Shown here: positions 26,922 through 35,675 of the stretch, piece after piece
How the letters are laid out: each line of letters opens with the position of its first letter
Position numbering within the stretch: the stretch's first letter is position 1
NCBI GenBank assembly: GCA_022709385.1
Contig: JAKLIX010000002.1
Span: forward strand, 44,535 to 108,534
Reading direction: 5' to 3'
DNA from: Bacteroidota bacterium
Lineage (GTDB): Bacteria; Bacteroidota; Bacteroidia; Bacteroidales; CAIXZF01
Length of the DNA: 64,000 nt
Made by a program: the position numbers and the translations under genes
The notes under the pieces: model-generated
What the model was told of the DNA's origin: nothing
The model's input: the letters and a program-made list of their open reading frames with translations, nothing else
The model's database searches: none

Positions 26922-27509
26922 TTAATATTTCATCTCCGGGCCGGAATGTATCCAGTTAGTAAGGATCTGCCTGCCCGTCGGTGTCATCACCGATTCGGGA
27001 TGGAATTGCAGGCCATGGATATCCCGGCTGCTGTGGCGCAGTCCCATCAGTACTCCTTCCCCTGAAACAGCGGTCGGAATCAGGCAGGAAGGCAGGGATG
27101 CGGCTTCGACAGCCCAGCTGTGGTAAAGCCCGGCATTAAATGCATGAGGCAGGTTCCGGAAGAGCACTTCATCTTTATCCAATACGCTGACTTCCGTAAC
27201 CTTACCGTGAAAAACCCGCTCCATCCTGTACAGGCCGGCACCGAATACCGTTGCAATGGCCTGATGCCCGAGACAGATCCCCAGCAGGCTTTGTTCCGGT
27301 CCCAACCTGCGGATCAGCTCACAACTCAGCCCCGCACCTGATGGTAATCCCGGTCCGGGCGAGATCAGTACCTTTGAATAGTCCGGCAAACTGGCCGGAT
27401 CAAAACGGTCGTGCGGAACCACCTCACAAACAGGACCCCGGAGTGAACGTATCAATTCCACCAGATTATAGGTGAATGAATCATAATTATCGAGTAATAA
27501 CAGTCGCAT
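26922..27509 (-). CDS. pabA: Aminodeoxychorismate/anthranilate synthase component II (glutamine amidotransferase)
   Basis: From the ATG at 27509: MRLLLLDNYDSFTYNLVELI...; catalytic GICLGHQ; LQFHPES near the C-terminus. The 99-codon upstream extension of the ORF is not GATase-like and overlaps pabB on the other strand. Confidence 0.85.
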   Translation of the reverse strand: MRLLLLDNYDSFTYNLVELIRSLRGPVCEVVPHDRFDPASLPDYSKVLISPGPGLPSGAGLSCELIRRLGPEQSLLGICLGHQAIATVFGAGLYRMERVFHGKVTEVSVLDKDEVLFRNLPHAFNAGLYHSWAVEAASLPSCLIPTAVSGEGVLMGLRHSSRDIHGLQFHPESVMTPTGRQILTNWIHSGPEMKY

Positions 27510-27642
27510 GCCAAGGAATGCTTTTACTTTGTACTTTATTCCCTGCCGGAATGGAAAATCAACTGGCCGGGAATGAAAAACAATGCAGCCGGCCATCATG
27601 ATGTCCCGGGCTCCTGCATTGCCGCTATCGAAATAAACAGCA

Positions 27643-28620
27643 ATGCCGGTCAAAATTACGGAAATAGCCGCGAAGATGAATGCCCTCGGCAGGAAGAAGG
27701 AACCCTTCTTTTTTGCCATCAACTTTGAATGTACAGAAGCGATTATCACTCCCTGCCGCCATGCTGCAGCTGCCGGTATCTGGTATGAAACCGGGCCTTT
27801 CACCAATGTGCAGGCCTCCGTGGAGCCATGTGAAGCGTATCATTTTCAGGCAAGTCCGATCCCTGTCGATTTCTACCGCACATCATTTGAAACCGTCATG
27901 TACCACCTGGAATATGGCAATACTTACCTGTTGAATCTGACTTTCCCGACAAAAATTGAAAGCAGTCTCGACCTTACAGCCATTTTCCGCAGGGCTGAGG
28001 CCAGACACCGGCTGCTGGTGGAGGACCGCTTCGTGGTGTTTTCACCTGAAACTTTTGTCAGGATCGAAAACGGGAAGATCAGTTCCAACCCGATGAAAGG
28101 TACCATTGACGCCAGGCAGGAAGGTGCACGGGAAACCATCCTGGCGGATGAGAAAGAAAAAGCTGAACATTACACCATCGTGGATCTGATCCGCAATGAC
28201 CTGTCCGTCGTAGCTACCAATATCAGGGTGGCGCGTTTCCGTTATGTGGAACGCCTCGAAACCAGCCGTGGTCCTTTGTTACAGGTAAGTTCTGAAATAT
28301 GCGGAGATCTCGAGCCCGGCTTTGCCACAAGGATCGGAGACATCATCACAGCGCTCCTGCCGGCAGGTTCGGTAAGCGGGGCACCTAAAAAGAAAACCCT
28401 TGAAATCATCCGGGAAGCCGAAATGGACGAACGCGGCTTTTACACCGGCGTGTTCGGTGTGTTCGACGGAACATGCCTTGAAAGTGCCGTCATGATCAGG
28501 TTTATCGAAAAAACGGAAAACGGCCTCTTTTACCGCAGCGGGGGCGGAATCACCGCCATGAGTAAAATGCAGGACGAATATGAAGAAATGATAGCCAAAG
28601 TGTATGTGCCTTTTGTTTGA
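27643..28620 (+). CDS. pabB: Aminodeoxychorismate synthase component I (short chorismate-binding form)
   Basis: Chorismate-binding C-terminal motifs: LNLTFP, SPETFVRI, MKGT, DEKEKAEHYTIVDLIRND, PAGSVSGAPKKKTLEII, ERGFYTGVFG. Confidence 0.8.
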   Translation: MPVKITEIAAKMNALGRKKEPFFFAINFECTEAIITPCRHAAAAGIWYETGPFTNVQASVEPCEAYHFQASPIPVDFYRTSFETVMYHLEYGNTYLLNLTFPTKIESSLDLTAIFRRAEARHRLLVEDRFVVFSPETFVRIENGKISSNPMKGTIDARQEGARETILADEKEKAEHYTIVDLIRNDLSVVATNIRVARFRYVERLETSRGPLLQVSSEICGDLEPGFATRIGDIITALLPAGSVSGAPKKKTLEIIREAEMDERGFYTGVFGVFDGTCLESAVMIRFIEKTENGLFYRSGGGITAMSKMQDEYEEMIAKVYVPFV

Positions 28621-29197
28621 AAGCATCCGTATCGAAAACAGGCAGATCCTGAACCTCAGCGCGCACCTCGACAGGATGGAATCTTCGCGGGAAAAACTGT
28701 GGAATATCAGGGAAAAAATTGATATCGATTGCATCAGAATGCCTGATCAAATCGACCGTGAAATCTGGAAATGCAGAATTGAATACGATACTGCCATCCG
28801 GAATATCAGTTTTACACCTTACAGAAAAAAACGAATTTCGAAGGTAAGGATGATAGAAGCCAATCATATCCGTTATGATTTCAAGTATGCAGACCGCCGT
28901 GATTTCGATAAGCTGTTCAGGGATAATCCCGGTTTCGATGAGTTCCTGATCACCCGGAACGGCTTCCTGACTGACTCCACTTTCACGAACCTGGCACTTT
29001 TCGACGGCATAAACTGGCACACACCGCTGCATTGCCTGCTCAAAGGCTGCCGGAGAAGATCGCTGATTGAACAGGGTATGCTTTCCGTAGCACCCATTCA
29101 CAGGAACGACCTGAAACAATTCACCCGTATTTCTTTGATCAATGCCATGCTCGATCTTGAAGAATTAACCATCGATATACAGGATATTTACGAATGA
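28604..29197 (+). CDS. pabC: Aminodeoxychorismate lyase-like (class IV aminotransferase fold)
   Basis: MCLLFESIRIENRQILNLSAHLDRM.. start typical of PabC/IlvE-fold proteins. FLTDSTFTNLALFDG; LLKGCRRRSLIE. Overlaps the pabB end by 17 nt. Confidence 0.7.
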   Translation: MCLLFESIRIENRQILNLSAHLDRMESSREKLWNIREKIDIDCIRMPDQIDREIWKCRIEYDTAIRNISFTPYRKKRISKVRMIEANHIRYDFKYADRRDFDKLFRDNPGFDEFLITRNGFLTDSTFTNLALFDGINWHTPLHCLLKGCRRRSLIEQGMLSVAPIHRNDLKQFTRISLINAMLDLEELTIDIQDIYE

Positions 29198-29256
29198 TTG
29201 TTACTATTTTTTCTTCATAACAAATCCAGTTCCTTCATTTTAATCAACTGATATAT

Positions 29257-31869
29257 ATGATTTTATTCTCAATTTATAAGGTATTGGCACAACCTTCTGC
29301 TGCGTTTTCCGCATTTCGGAGGATCCTTTTTCTCGCCATCTGCGTACCGCTGACAACGACAGCACAGACCCTTCTCCCGGAAGAACATTCTGGTACGACA
29401 GTACCGGAAAGCTGGTACGAAGAAAAGAGTAATGATATCAGCGACATCTGGAGTACTTCCTTCACCGCCATAGCCGGCGGCTGTACTTTTCAGGTACAGA
29501 CAAGCCTTGACGGCTCAAGCTGGTTGAATGAACCCGGAGGTTTTCATTCAGGATCCGGAAACCCGGGTCCGGTAGACGAAAACATGGCCAATCCCGCCTG
29601 CGAAAGCAACAGTTTCAGTTGTCTCGATTCCTATCCGCTGCCATTTACTGAAAGCTTTGATATCGAAGCATTTCCGACAGGCTGGAACCAGTTTTCCTTT
29701 ACAGCTTTTCCGGTCTGGAGTGTGTTCGGATCCAATTATGCAGGTGGCCAGGCGGCCGAACTCATCAGTACCTGGGCAGTAGGGACCGGAGAAACACGAT
29801 TGGTACTGCCACCGGTTCAGACAGCTGGAATCAGTCAGGCACTCTTATCCTTCCGGCAGTATTTCGCTGATGCGCTGCCCGGACTGACGTGTAAAATCCA
29901 GACCAGTTCAGATATGATCACCTGGCAGGATGCCGGTTGGGAGTTTCTTTCGGGTGCGGGCGACCTCGGTCCGGAAACAGTGGAACTGCAGATTTCCCAG
30001 AACCTTGAAGCTGTATTGTACCTTTCTTTCCTTATGAGTGGCGACCACAGCAGTTATTATTTCTGGAGTATCGATGAAATCTCCCTTACTGAATCCACTC
30101 CCTTACCAGACTGCAGCAACCTGATATATCCGCCGGAAAACTGCATCATCGGTGCGCAGGATATTGAATTACAATGGGATATGGCTGATTTTGCCGAGGG
30201 ATATTCCCTGAGCATCGGTACCGACAACCCTCCATCAAATATGCTGCTGCTTTATGATGCGGGAAACCAGACGTCTTTTACGCTTACCGGCCTGCAGCCC
30301 AGCCTGACTTGTTACTGGCAGGTTACTCCCTACAATGCAGCCGGTCCGACTGCAGGTTGTGAAATCTGGTCCTTTACGCCTGTGCAGCCACTCCTGATCC
30401 CGTATCAGGAAACATTCGATGAACCCGGCATCCCCGAAGGATGGTCACAACAGACAATCCTCGCTTACGATCCGTGGATTACCGGAGAATTCAACTACGC
30501 CGGCGGCACACCATATGAGGTATTCTGCACTCAGGCAGAGGGTTACGGTATTAGCCGGCTTATCCTTCCGCCACTGAATACCAATGGATTAACCGACCTT
30601 CCCCTGAGTTTCCGGCATGCCATCAGTGCCCTGGATACCGGAACCACCCTGAAAATCCAAAGCAGCAGCGATCTGGTTAACTGGATTGATTGTGGTTGGG
30701 AGTATTCGACTGATATTGGCCAACTCATTGGTCCGGGGGAAGAAAGCATTTCAATTGTACTGGATTCCGGACCTGTATCCTATCTCGCATTCGTCATTGA
30801 CGGAGACCATGGCATGCTGAACTACTGGGCAATAGACGAGATTGAGGTACTTACGGCTTCACCACCCATGGTATTTGACCTGAGCGAAGGCGGAGGATTT
30901 TGTCCCGGCAGTCCCGGACTCGCTCTCTGCCTGTACGGAAGCCAGGCAGGCATCCTATACCAGTTGTTCAGGGACAGCCTGGAGTGCCTGCCACCGTTTA
31001 CCGGCACAGGCGATACCCTTTGCTGGCCCGACCTGCCTGCCGGTTCCTACACTGTTGCGGCTACCGACCCTGTTACCGGTCTTACATCCACCATGAACGG
31101 AAATCCCGGAATTATTGCCTTTACTGCACCCATGGTAAATGCAGGTCCGGACCAGTTTATTGTATTCGGAGCCTTCACACAGTTGAATTCCTCGGTATAC
31201 GGTGGCAATCCACCCTATACCTATCTCTGGTCACCCGCAACCTACCTCAGCGCGGTCGATATCCCTGATCCTGTCTGCACTCCTAGCTGGCATATCACTT
31301 ATTATCTTCAGGTAAGCGACAGCAACAGCTGCCAGGGCATGGATTCAATTTCCGTCTTTGTTTTTGGGCCCTCCCCTGAATTCTCAGGCACTGTTTCGTA
31401 CGACAATCAGGTACAATCGGTACTTCCGGGCTGTACTGTAAGCCTGCTGGTGAACGGCATTCTTTTTACCACCACTGCAACAGATACCGGTGGGTATTAC
31501 CACTTTGGTTTCCCATATACCGTCGGAATCTGGCCCGGTGATACAATAAAAATTACAGTGACTTCAAGCCTGCCCTGGGGTGGCGGCAATGCGATCGATG
31601 CACTTTTGATCATGAAACACTTTGTAAATATCAATCTCCTCACGGGACTGCGGCTTCAGGCCGCGGATGTAGATAACAGCGGCTATGTCAATTCAATTGA
31701 CGCACTCTCGGTGATGAAACGCTTCGTCAACCTGATCAACAGCTTTCCGGCAGGCGATTGGAAATTTGAAAGTCCGTCAGCCATCTATCAGTGGCAGCAG
31801 TTTACGCAGCTCAACATCAAAGGCGTTTGTAACGGTGATGTGGATGCTTCCTATACCATGCCACCCTGA
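29257..31869 (+). CDS. Secreted 870-aa protein: two MAM-like/choice-of-anchor-J-like domains, Fn3-like and PKD-like units, CarboxypepD_reg + dockerin-like module at the extreme C-terminus (no T9SS CTD)
   Basis: Signal RRILFLAICVPLTTTAQT. Duplicated ~150-aa domain (PFTESFDIEAFPTGWNQ...YFWSIDEISL vs PYQETFDEPGIPEGWSQ...NYWAIDEIEV). GGNPPYTYLWSP unit. Module 31379-31866: EFSGTVSYDN...PWGGGNAIDALLIMKHFVNINLLTGLRLQAADVDNSGYVNSIDALSVMKRFVNLINSFPAGDWKFE...CNGDVDASYTMPP, followed by the stop. Confidence 0.85.
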   Translation: MILFSIYKVLAQPSAAFSAFRRILFLAICVPLTTTAQTLLPEEHSGTTVPESWYEEKSNDISDIWSTSFTAIAGGCTFQVQTSLDGSSWLNEPGGFHSGSGNPGPVDENMANPACESNSFSCLDSYPLPFTESFDIEAFPTGWNQFSFTAFPVWSVFGSNYAGGQAAELISTWAVGTGETRLVLPPVQTAGISQALLSFRQYFADALPGLTCKIQTSSDMITWQDAGWEFLSGAGDLGPETVELQISQNLEAVLYLSFLMSGDHSSYYFWSIDEISLTESTPLPDCSNLIYPPENCIIGAQDIELQWDMADFAEGYSLSIGTDNPPSNMLLLYDAGNQTSFTLTGLQPSLTCYWQVTPYNAAGPTAGCEIWSFTPVQPLLIPYQETFDEPGIPEGWSQQTILAYDPWITGEFNYAGGTPYEVFCTQAEGYGISRLILPPLNTNGLTDLPLSFRHAISALDTGTTLKIQSSSDLVNWIDCGWEYSTDIGQLIGPGEESISIVLDSGPVSYLAFVIDGDHGMLNYWAIDEIEVLTASPPMVFDLSEGGGFCPGSPGLALCLYGSQAGILYQLFRDSLECLPPFTGTGDTLCWPDLPAGSYTVAATDPVTGLTSTMNGNPGIIAFTAPMVNAGPDQFIVFGAFTQLNSSVYGGNPPYTYLWSPATYLSAVDIPDPVCTPSWHITYYLQVSDSNSCQGMDSISVFVFGPSPEFSGTVSYDNQVQSVLPGCTVSLLVNGILFTTTATDTGGYYHFGFPYTVGIWPGDTIKITVTSSLPWGGGNAIDALLIMKHFVNINLLTGLRLQAADVDNSGYVNSIDALSVMKRFVNLINSFPAGDWKFESPSAIYQWQQFTQLNIKGVCNGDVDASYTMPP

Positions 31870-31967
31870 CCCGGTGAGGGGACCAATCGTTAAATTTTCT
31901 TAACAGTCCCCACATGGCCTGATAATTGCTATAAATTTGCCCATTCAACAAATTAATCATTTATCCG

Positions 31968-32438
31968 ATGAAAACTATTAAAGTATTGATCTTCAGCCTT
32001 CTGATAGCAGCTGCTTGCCAGCTTTCCGCACAGGAAAAGAAAGCTGCTCCGGTGAAGAAAGAAACAAAGGAAGCCGTAAAGCCGGCAAAAGAACAAAGTT
32101 CCCAGCAAACAGCCAATCCCCAGAAACCCAGGCCCAGACCACCGATGACCAGGGAAGACAGCCTGAAACGCCAGCATAAGATCGATTCCTTGCGTAAAGT
32201 GTTTGAAGAAAAGCGCAGCAAGGAAGGCACTCCGAAGATGAGCAAGGAAGACTCCCTGAAACGTGCGGCAAGGATAGACTCCCTGAGAAAAGTGGCCAGG
32301 GAAAGGAATAAAACCAATCCCAATGCCCCGAAAATGTCGAAGCAGGATTCCCTGAAAAGGGCACATAAACTGGACAGCCTGAGAAAGGCAAACGCCGACA
32401 GGAAGGCAAAGGAACAAAAAGCGCCAGGAAAGAAATAA
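31968..32438 (+). CDS. Small secreted Lys/Arg-rich protein with three tandem ~28-aa repeats; function unknown
   Basis: Signal MKTIKVLIFSLLIAAACQLSAQ. Repeats PMTREDSLKRQHKIDSLRKV / PKMSKEDSLKRAARIDSLRKV / PKMSKQDSLKRAHKLDSLRKA. A strong terminator hairpin follows. Three overlapping minus-strand ORFs look like composition artefacts. Confidence 0.65.
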   Translation: MKTIKVLIFSLLIAAACQLSAQEKKAAPVKKETKEAVKPAKEQSSQQTANPQKPRPRPPMTREDSLKRQHKIDSLRKVFEEKRSKEGTPKMSKEDSLKRAARIDSLRKVARERNKTNPNAPKMSKQDSLKRAHKLDSLRKANADRKAKEQKAPGKK

Positions 32439-32457
32439 AACATGCTTTCAGCAACGG

Positions 32458-32495
32458 AAGAGGCTGTCCCGACAGGACGGCCTCTTTGCGTTTTT
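32458..32495 (+). terminator. Rho-independent terminator after the small repeat-protein gene
   Basis: 12-bp stem AAGAGGCTGTCC/GGACGGCCTCTT (one G-U pair), loop CGACA, followed by TGCGTTTTT. Confidence 0.7.
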
Positions 32496-32588
32496 GACCC
32501 CTTCCTCGGCAAGCCCGGAAAATCCGGAAACTGATATTCGATGCTGAATGCTTTACGTGACGCGGCTTAGCGGTGTGCAAAGCCGGTT

Positions 32589-32636
32589 GGGATGTCATCC
32601 TAACGTTGATATAAATCAACGTTAGGATGACATCCC
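32589..32636. repeat. 48-bp perfect hairpin element, copy 1 (22-bp arms GGGATGTCATCCTAACGTTGAT / ATCAACGTTAGGATGACATCCC, loop ATAA)
   Basis: Arms checked base by base. A second copy with identical arms lies at 63938-63985. The right arm supplies the last codons and the TAA stop of prmC (..GMSS*). Confidence 0.85.
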
Positions 32637-33482
32637 TCTCACAAACCTGTCCTTCCCGTGGATGTCGTTCAGTACGCTGATATCATGCAAACCGGCGGAC
32701 TGGCAGAGAAGCGATACTTCATGGCCAAAGGCTTCATTAATTTCAAGATACAGATAGCCTCCACTGCCTAGCATGCTGGCGGCGAGTGCGCATATCCTGC
32801 GGTAAAATACCAACGGATCTGTATCACTTACAAACAAAGCCAGACAGGGTTCTGCCCCAGTCACATGGGGTTTCATGTGAAGTCTTTCTGATTCCCTTAC
32901 ATAGGGCGGATTACTGATGATCAGGTCAGGTTTCCCCACCTCGCCTGCTATCCTGTCTGACAGCACATCCCAATGCAGGAATTCGATGCCTGTCCCGAGA
33001 CGCAAAGCATTCTTTCTTGCCACCTGAAGGGCATCAAGTGAAATATCGGAAGCCCATACCTTTTGAACAGGCAAGTGAAGCGCGAGGGTGCAGGCGATGC
33101 ATCCGCTGCCCGTACCGATATCCAGGATTTGAAGCGGGTGTTTCGTATCCGCATGTTGCCTGATGACCAGGTCCACCAGTTCTTCTGTCTCCGGCCTGGG
33201 GATGAGCACATGCCGGTTCACAAGAAACTCATGCTGATAGAACCAGGATTTGCCCAGGATATACTGGATGGGCTCCCATTGTTGCAACCTCCTTACAATC
33301 CGTCGGACGCGGGCAAGCTCATTTCTTCCGAAAATACGGGAAGGATCGCTCAAAAATGCTGTCCTGCCCACTCCCAGGCTGTGTTCGAGTACCATAAAAA
33401 AAATCGTCCTGAGCTCCCGCTCCTCATAGTAGTCAATCAATTCCGAGAAAAACCACTGCTTAAAAACACCTGCCGTCATCAT
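32622..33482 (-). CDS. prmC: Release-factor glutamine N5-methyltransferase
   Basis: 286 aa. SAM motif LDIGTGSGCIA, catalytic IISNPPYV, HemK-type N-terminal domain (ILGKSWFYQHEFLVNRHVLIPRPETE). Confidence 0.85.
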   Translation of the reverse strand: MMTAGVFKQWFFSELIDYYEERELRTIFFMVLEHSLGVGRTAFLSDPSRIFGRNELARVRRIVRRLQQWEPIQYILGKSWFYQHEFLVNRHVLIPRPETEELVDLVIRQHADTKHPLQILDIGTGSGCIACTLALHLPVQKVWASDISLDALQVARKNALRLGTGIEFLHWDVLSDRIAGEVGKPDLIISNPPYVRESERLHMKPHVTGAEPCLALFVSDTDPLVFYRRICALAASMLGSGGYLYLEINEAFGHEVSLLCQSAGLHDISVLNDIHGKDRFVRGMSS

Positions 33483-33599
33483 ACTGTAAAATTAAACAAT
33501 GTTCATTTTCCATGTCTGATCGCTCAATCCCGCACAAATCAGGATTTTCGCCTGTCAGCACGACAAACCAAAGCAAAAATAAAGGATAAAAACGCCACC

Positions 33600-33650
33600 A
33601 TGTGACACATGAATTCTCGATGTGACACATCATGCTGGCATGTGTCACAT
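33600..33650. promoter_or_regulatory. Array of three 11-bp palindromes ATGTG(A/T)CACAT at exact 20-bp spacing in the prmC/ribD divergent intergenic region
   Basis: ATGTGACACAT at 33600-33610 and 33620-33630; ATGTGTCACAT at 33640-33650. The same motif pair with the same 20-bp spacing occurs at 51285-51315. Confidence 0.55.
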
Positions 33651-33666
33651 TGTTTTATCTTTGTGC

Positions 33667-34707
33667 ATGCTTTCCGACGAAGCCATCATGCATCGCTGTT
33701 TCGACCTGGCTATGAACGGCTTAGGACATGTTTCGCCAAATCCCATGGTGGGATGTGTAATCACTTGCAGGGACCGGATCATCGGGGAAGGTTATCACCA
33801 GGAATACGGGAAAGCCCATGCAGAAGTCAATGCCATCGCATCGGTAAAAAACAAGGAAACACTCAGGGAGTCAAGCCTCTATGTCAACCTTGAACCCTGT
33901 GCACACCAGGGAAAAACCCCGCCCTGCGCGGAACTCATCATCAAACATCAAATTCCCCGCGTAGTGATTTCTAACCGTGATCCTTATCCGGAGGTTGCAG
34001 GCAAGGGAATAGAACAGCTGAAAAATGCCGGAGTAGAAGTGATTACGGGTATATGCAGTGAAGAAGGACGGGAACTGAACAAACGCTTTTTTACTTTTCA
34101 CGAAAAGAAAAGACCATATACCATATTAAAATGGGCGCAGACCATTGATGGTTTCATGGACATCGACAGGAATGATCCCGCCATTGCCTTTCAATGGATC
34201 AGCAACGACAACCTGAAGCTTTTCGTCCACAAATGGCGGTCAGAAGAAGACGGTATCATTGTGGGCTACACCACGGCCATGAATGACGATCCGCAACTGA
34301 ACGTCAGGGAATGGCAAGGCAGGAATCCCTTGCGCATGGTACTGGATGAAAACCTGCGATTACCCCCCACGCTGAAGGTGTTTGACGGCAGTACCCCCAC
34401 CCTGGTCTTTACTTCTTTAAAAAAGCCGGATCAGCCTAATCTCGAGTATATCACCCTGGATTTTAGGGGAAACATTCTCGCACAAATGAACCGGGTTTTA
34501 TTCGAACGTGGTATACAGAGCCTCATGGTGGAAGGCGGAAGAGAACTGCTCGACACCTACCTGGAGTTTGGCAGCTGGGATGAAGCCCGCGTACTCGAAG
34601 GCAACCGCTGTTTCGGCCGGGGACTGAAAGCACCTGATTTCAGAGGAAGCCTGGTCAGTTCAGGCCTGGTCGGTGCCGACAGGCTCCTGATCTTCCGCAA
34701 ACCCTGA
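33667..34707 (+). CDS. ribD: Bifunctional riboflavin biosynthesis deaminase/reductase
   Basis: From the ATG at 33667: MLSDEAIMHRCFDLAMNGLGHVSPNPMVGCVI; zinc site HAEVNAI ... PCAHQGKTPPC; reductase half KWAQTIDGFMD. The ORF-track start at 33622 would read through the palindrome array. Confidence 0.85.
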   Translation: MLSDEAIMHRCFDLAMNGLGHVSPNPMVGCVITCRDRIIGEGYHQEYGKAHAEVNAIASVKNKETLRESSLYVNLEPCAHQGKTPPCAELIIKHQIPRVVISNRDPYPEVAGKGIEQLKNAGVEVITGICSEEGRELNKRFFTFHEKKRPYTILKWAQTIDGFMDIDRNDPAIAFQWISNDNLKLFVHKWRSEEDGIIVGYTTAMNDDPQLNVREWQGRNPLRMVLDENLRLPPTLKVFDGSTPTLVFTSLKKPDQPNLEYITLDFRGNILAQMNRVLFERGIQSLMVEGGRELLDTYLEFGSWDEARVLEGNRCFGRGLKAPDFRGSLVSSGLVGADRLLIFRKP

Positions 34708-35469
34708 CAAACCTTCCGGGTAAATCACCTCTGACAATGTCAGCCCGCAGGCCGGTACCGATTCGCCTGCCATGCAGCGGTCACGGCTCTCAAGGATCGC
34801 ACGCAGTTTTTCCTCATCCCACCGGCCACGGCCCATTTGCAACAAGGTACCCACGATCGCCCTGACCATATTTCGCAGAAAGCGGTTGGCTGTTACCGTA
34901 TATACCAGCAACATCCCTTCCTCCTTCCAGTCAGACCGAATGAGTTTGCAATCCGTACCCACGATATCTGTGTCACGTTTGGAAAAACAGGCAAAGTCGG
35001 TGTATTCCGTCAGGACAGCCGCACCACGGTTCAATATTGACAGGTCGAGCCTGCCATAACGGTAATGCCAGGCAAATGCATGCAGAAAAGGATCCTTTGC
35101 CGTGAGCACCTGATAGCGGTATGTTCTGGAAACCGCTGAAAAGCGGGCGTGGGCCGCAGAATCCACCGTTGTGATGAATTGTACTGCTATATCCTCAGGC
35201 AACAAGGCATTCAGCTTATGCACCAAATGTGCACATTCATCCCTTCCAAAGGAGGCTTCATGGTCGAAATGCGCGTAAAAAACCGCGGCATGTACCCCGG
35301 CATCCGTCCTGCCGCAACCCGTCAATCTGCAAGGCACCCTCAGGATGCGTCCCAGGGCCTCTTCCATCACAGCCTGCACCGTGATTGCATCGGGCTGCAA
35401 CTGCCATCCGTGATAGGCAGTCCCGACAAAGGAAAAACGAATGAAATACCTGTTCAGCGATGACTCCAT
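34660..35469 (-). CDS. truA: tRNA pseudouridine(38-40) synthase
   Basis: RYFIRFSFVGTAYHGWQLQ; catalytic GCGRTDAGVHA; RFLRNMVR motif. The 3' end overlaps the ribD 3' end by 48 nt (convergent). Confidence 0.85.
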   Translation of the reverse strand: MESSLNRYFIRFSFVGTAYHGWQLQPDAITVQAVMEEALGRILRVPCRLTGCGRTDAGVHAAVFYAHFDHEASFGRDECAHLVHKLNALLPEDIAVQFITTVDSAAHARFSAVSRTYRYQVLTAKDPFLHAFAWHYRYGRLDLSILNRGAAVLTEYTDFACFSKRDTDIVGTDCKLIRSDWKEEGMLLVYTVTANRFLRNMVRAIVGTLLQMGRGRWDEEKLRAILESRDRCMAGESVPACGLTLSEVIYPEGLSGFAEDQEPVGTDQA

Positions 35470-35573
35470 ATCATGACAAACCTACACAGAATCTGGCAAC
35501 ATCGTTCAATCTGATCAATAGTTTCAATTTAGATTAAATATAAATTAATGATTTTCAGTAAAAAAGATGATAA

Positions 35574-35591
35574 CTGTGAATTGATTAACAA
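35574..35591 (+). promoter_or_regulatory. Putative Crp/Fnr-type operator, site 1 upstream of [FeFe]-hydrogenase operon 1
   Basis: CTGTGAATTGATTAACAA = TGTGA-N6-TAACA. Centre ~94 bp upstream of the ATG at 35676. Confidence 0.5.
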
Positions 35592-35616
35592 AAGAAGTAT
35601 TAATTTTGCAGCGTTA

Positions 35617-35633
35617 TTGTGAATAATTAACAA
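35617..35633 (+). promoter_or_regulatory. Putative Crp/Fnr-type operator, site 2 upstream of [FeFe]-hydrogenase operon 1 (spacer one nt shorter)
   Basis: TTGTGAATAATTAACAA = TGTGA-N5-TAACA. Centre ~51 bp upstream of the ATG at 35676. Confidence 0.45.
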
Positions 35634-35675
35634 TATTACAATATATTAATATTCAATAAATTACGGAGGAAAACA

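Noticed and set aside
27510-27806. 99-codon N-terminal extension of the pabA ORF, and similar upstream extensions at 33622 (ribD), 41123 (hydA2), 46840 (hypE), 47897 (hypD), 50466 (hypF), 54430 (hdrA2) and 56249 (mvhD)
   Set aside because: The extensions have no homology-like motifs and overlap neighbouring genes. Internal ATGs give N-termini that match the family consensus and produce typical ATGA or short-gap operon junctions.
31953-32619. Three overlapping minus-strand ORFs (154, 183 and 208 aa) opposite the small repeat-protein gene
   Set aside because: Their translations are Phe/Leu/Ser/Cys-rich mirror images of the Lys/Glu-rich plus-strand product. Only the plus-strand ORF has a signal peptide, a clean tandem-repeat structure and a downstream terminator.
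33483-33666. FMN riboswitch upstream of ribD
   Set aside because: The ~180-nt divergent intergenic region is mostly taken up by the ATGTGWCACAT array. I could not find the conserved FMN-aptamer core segments in it.
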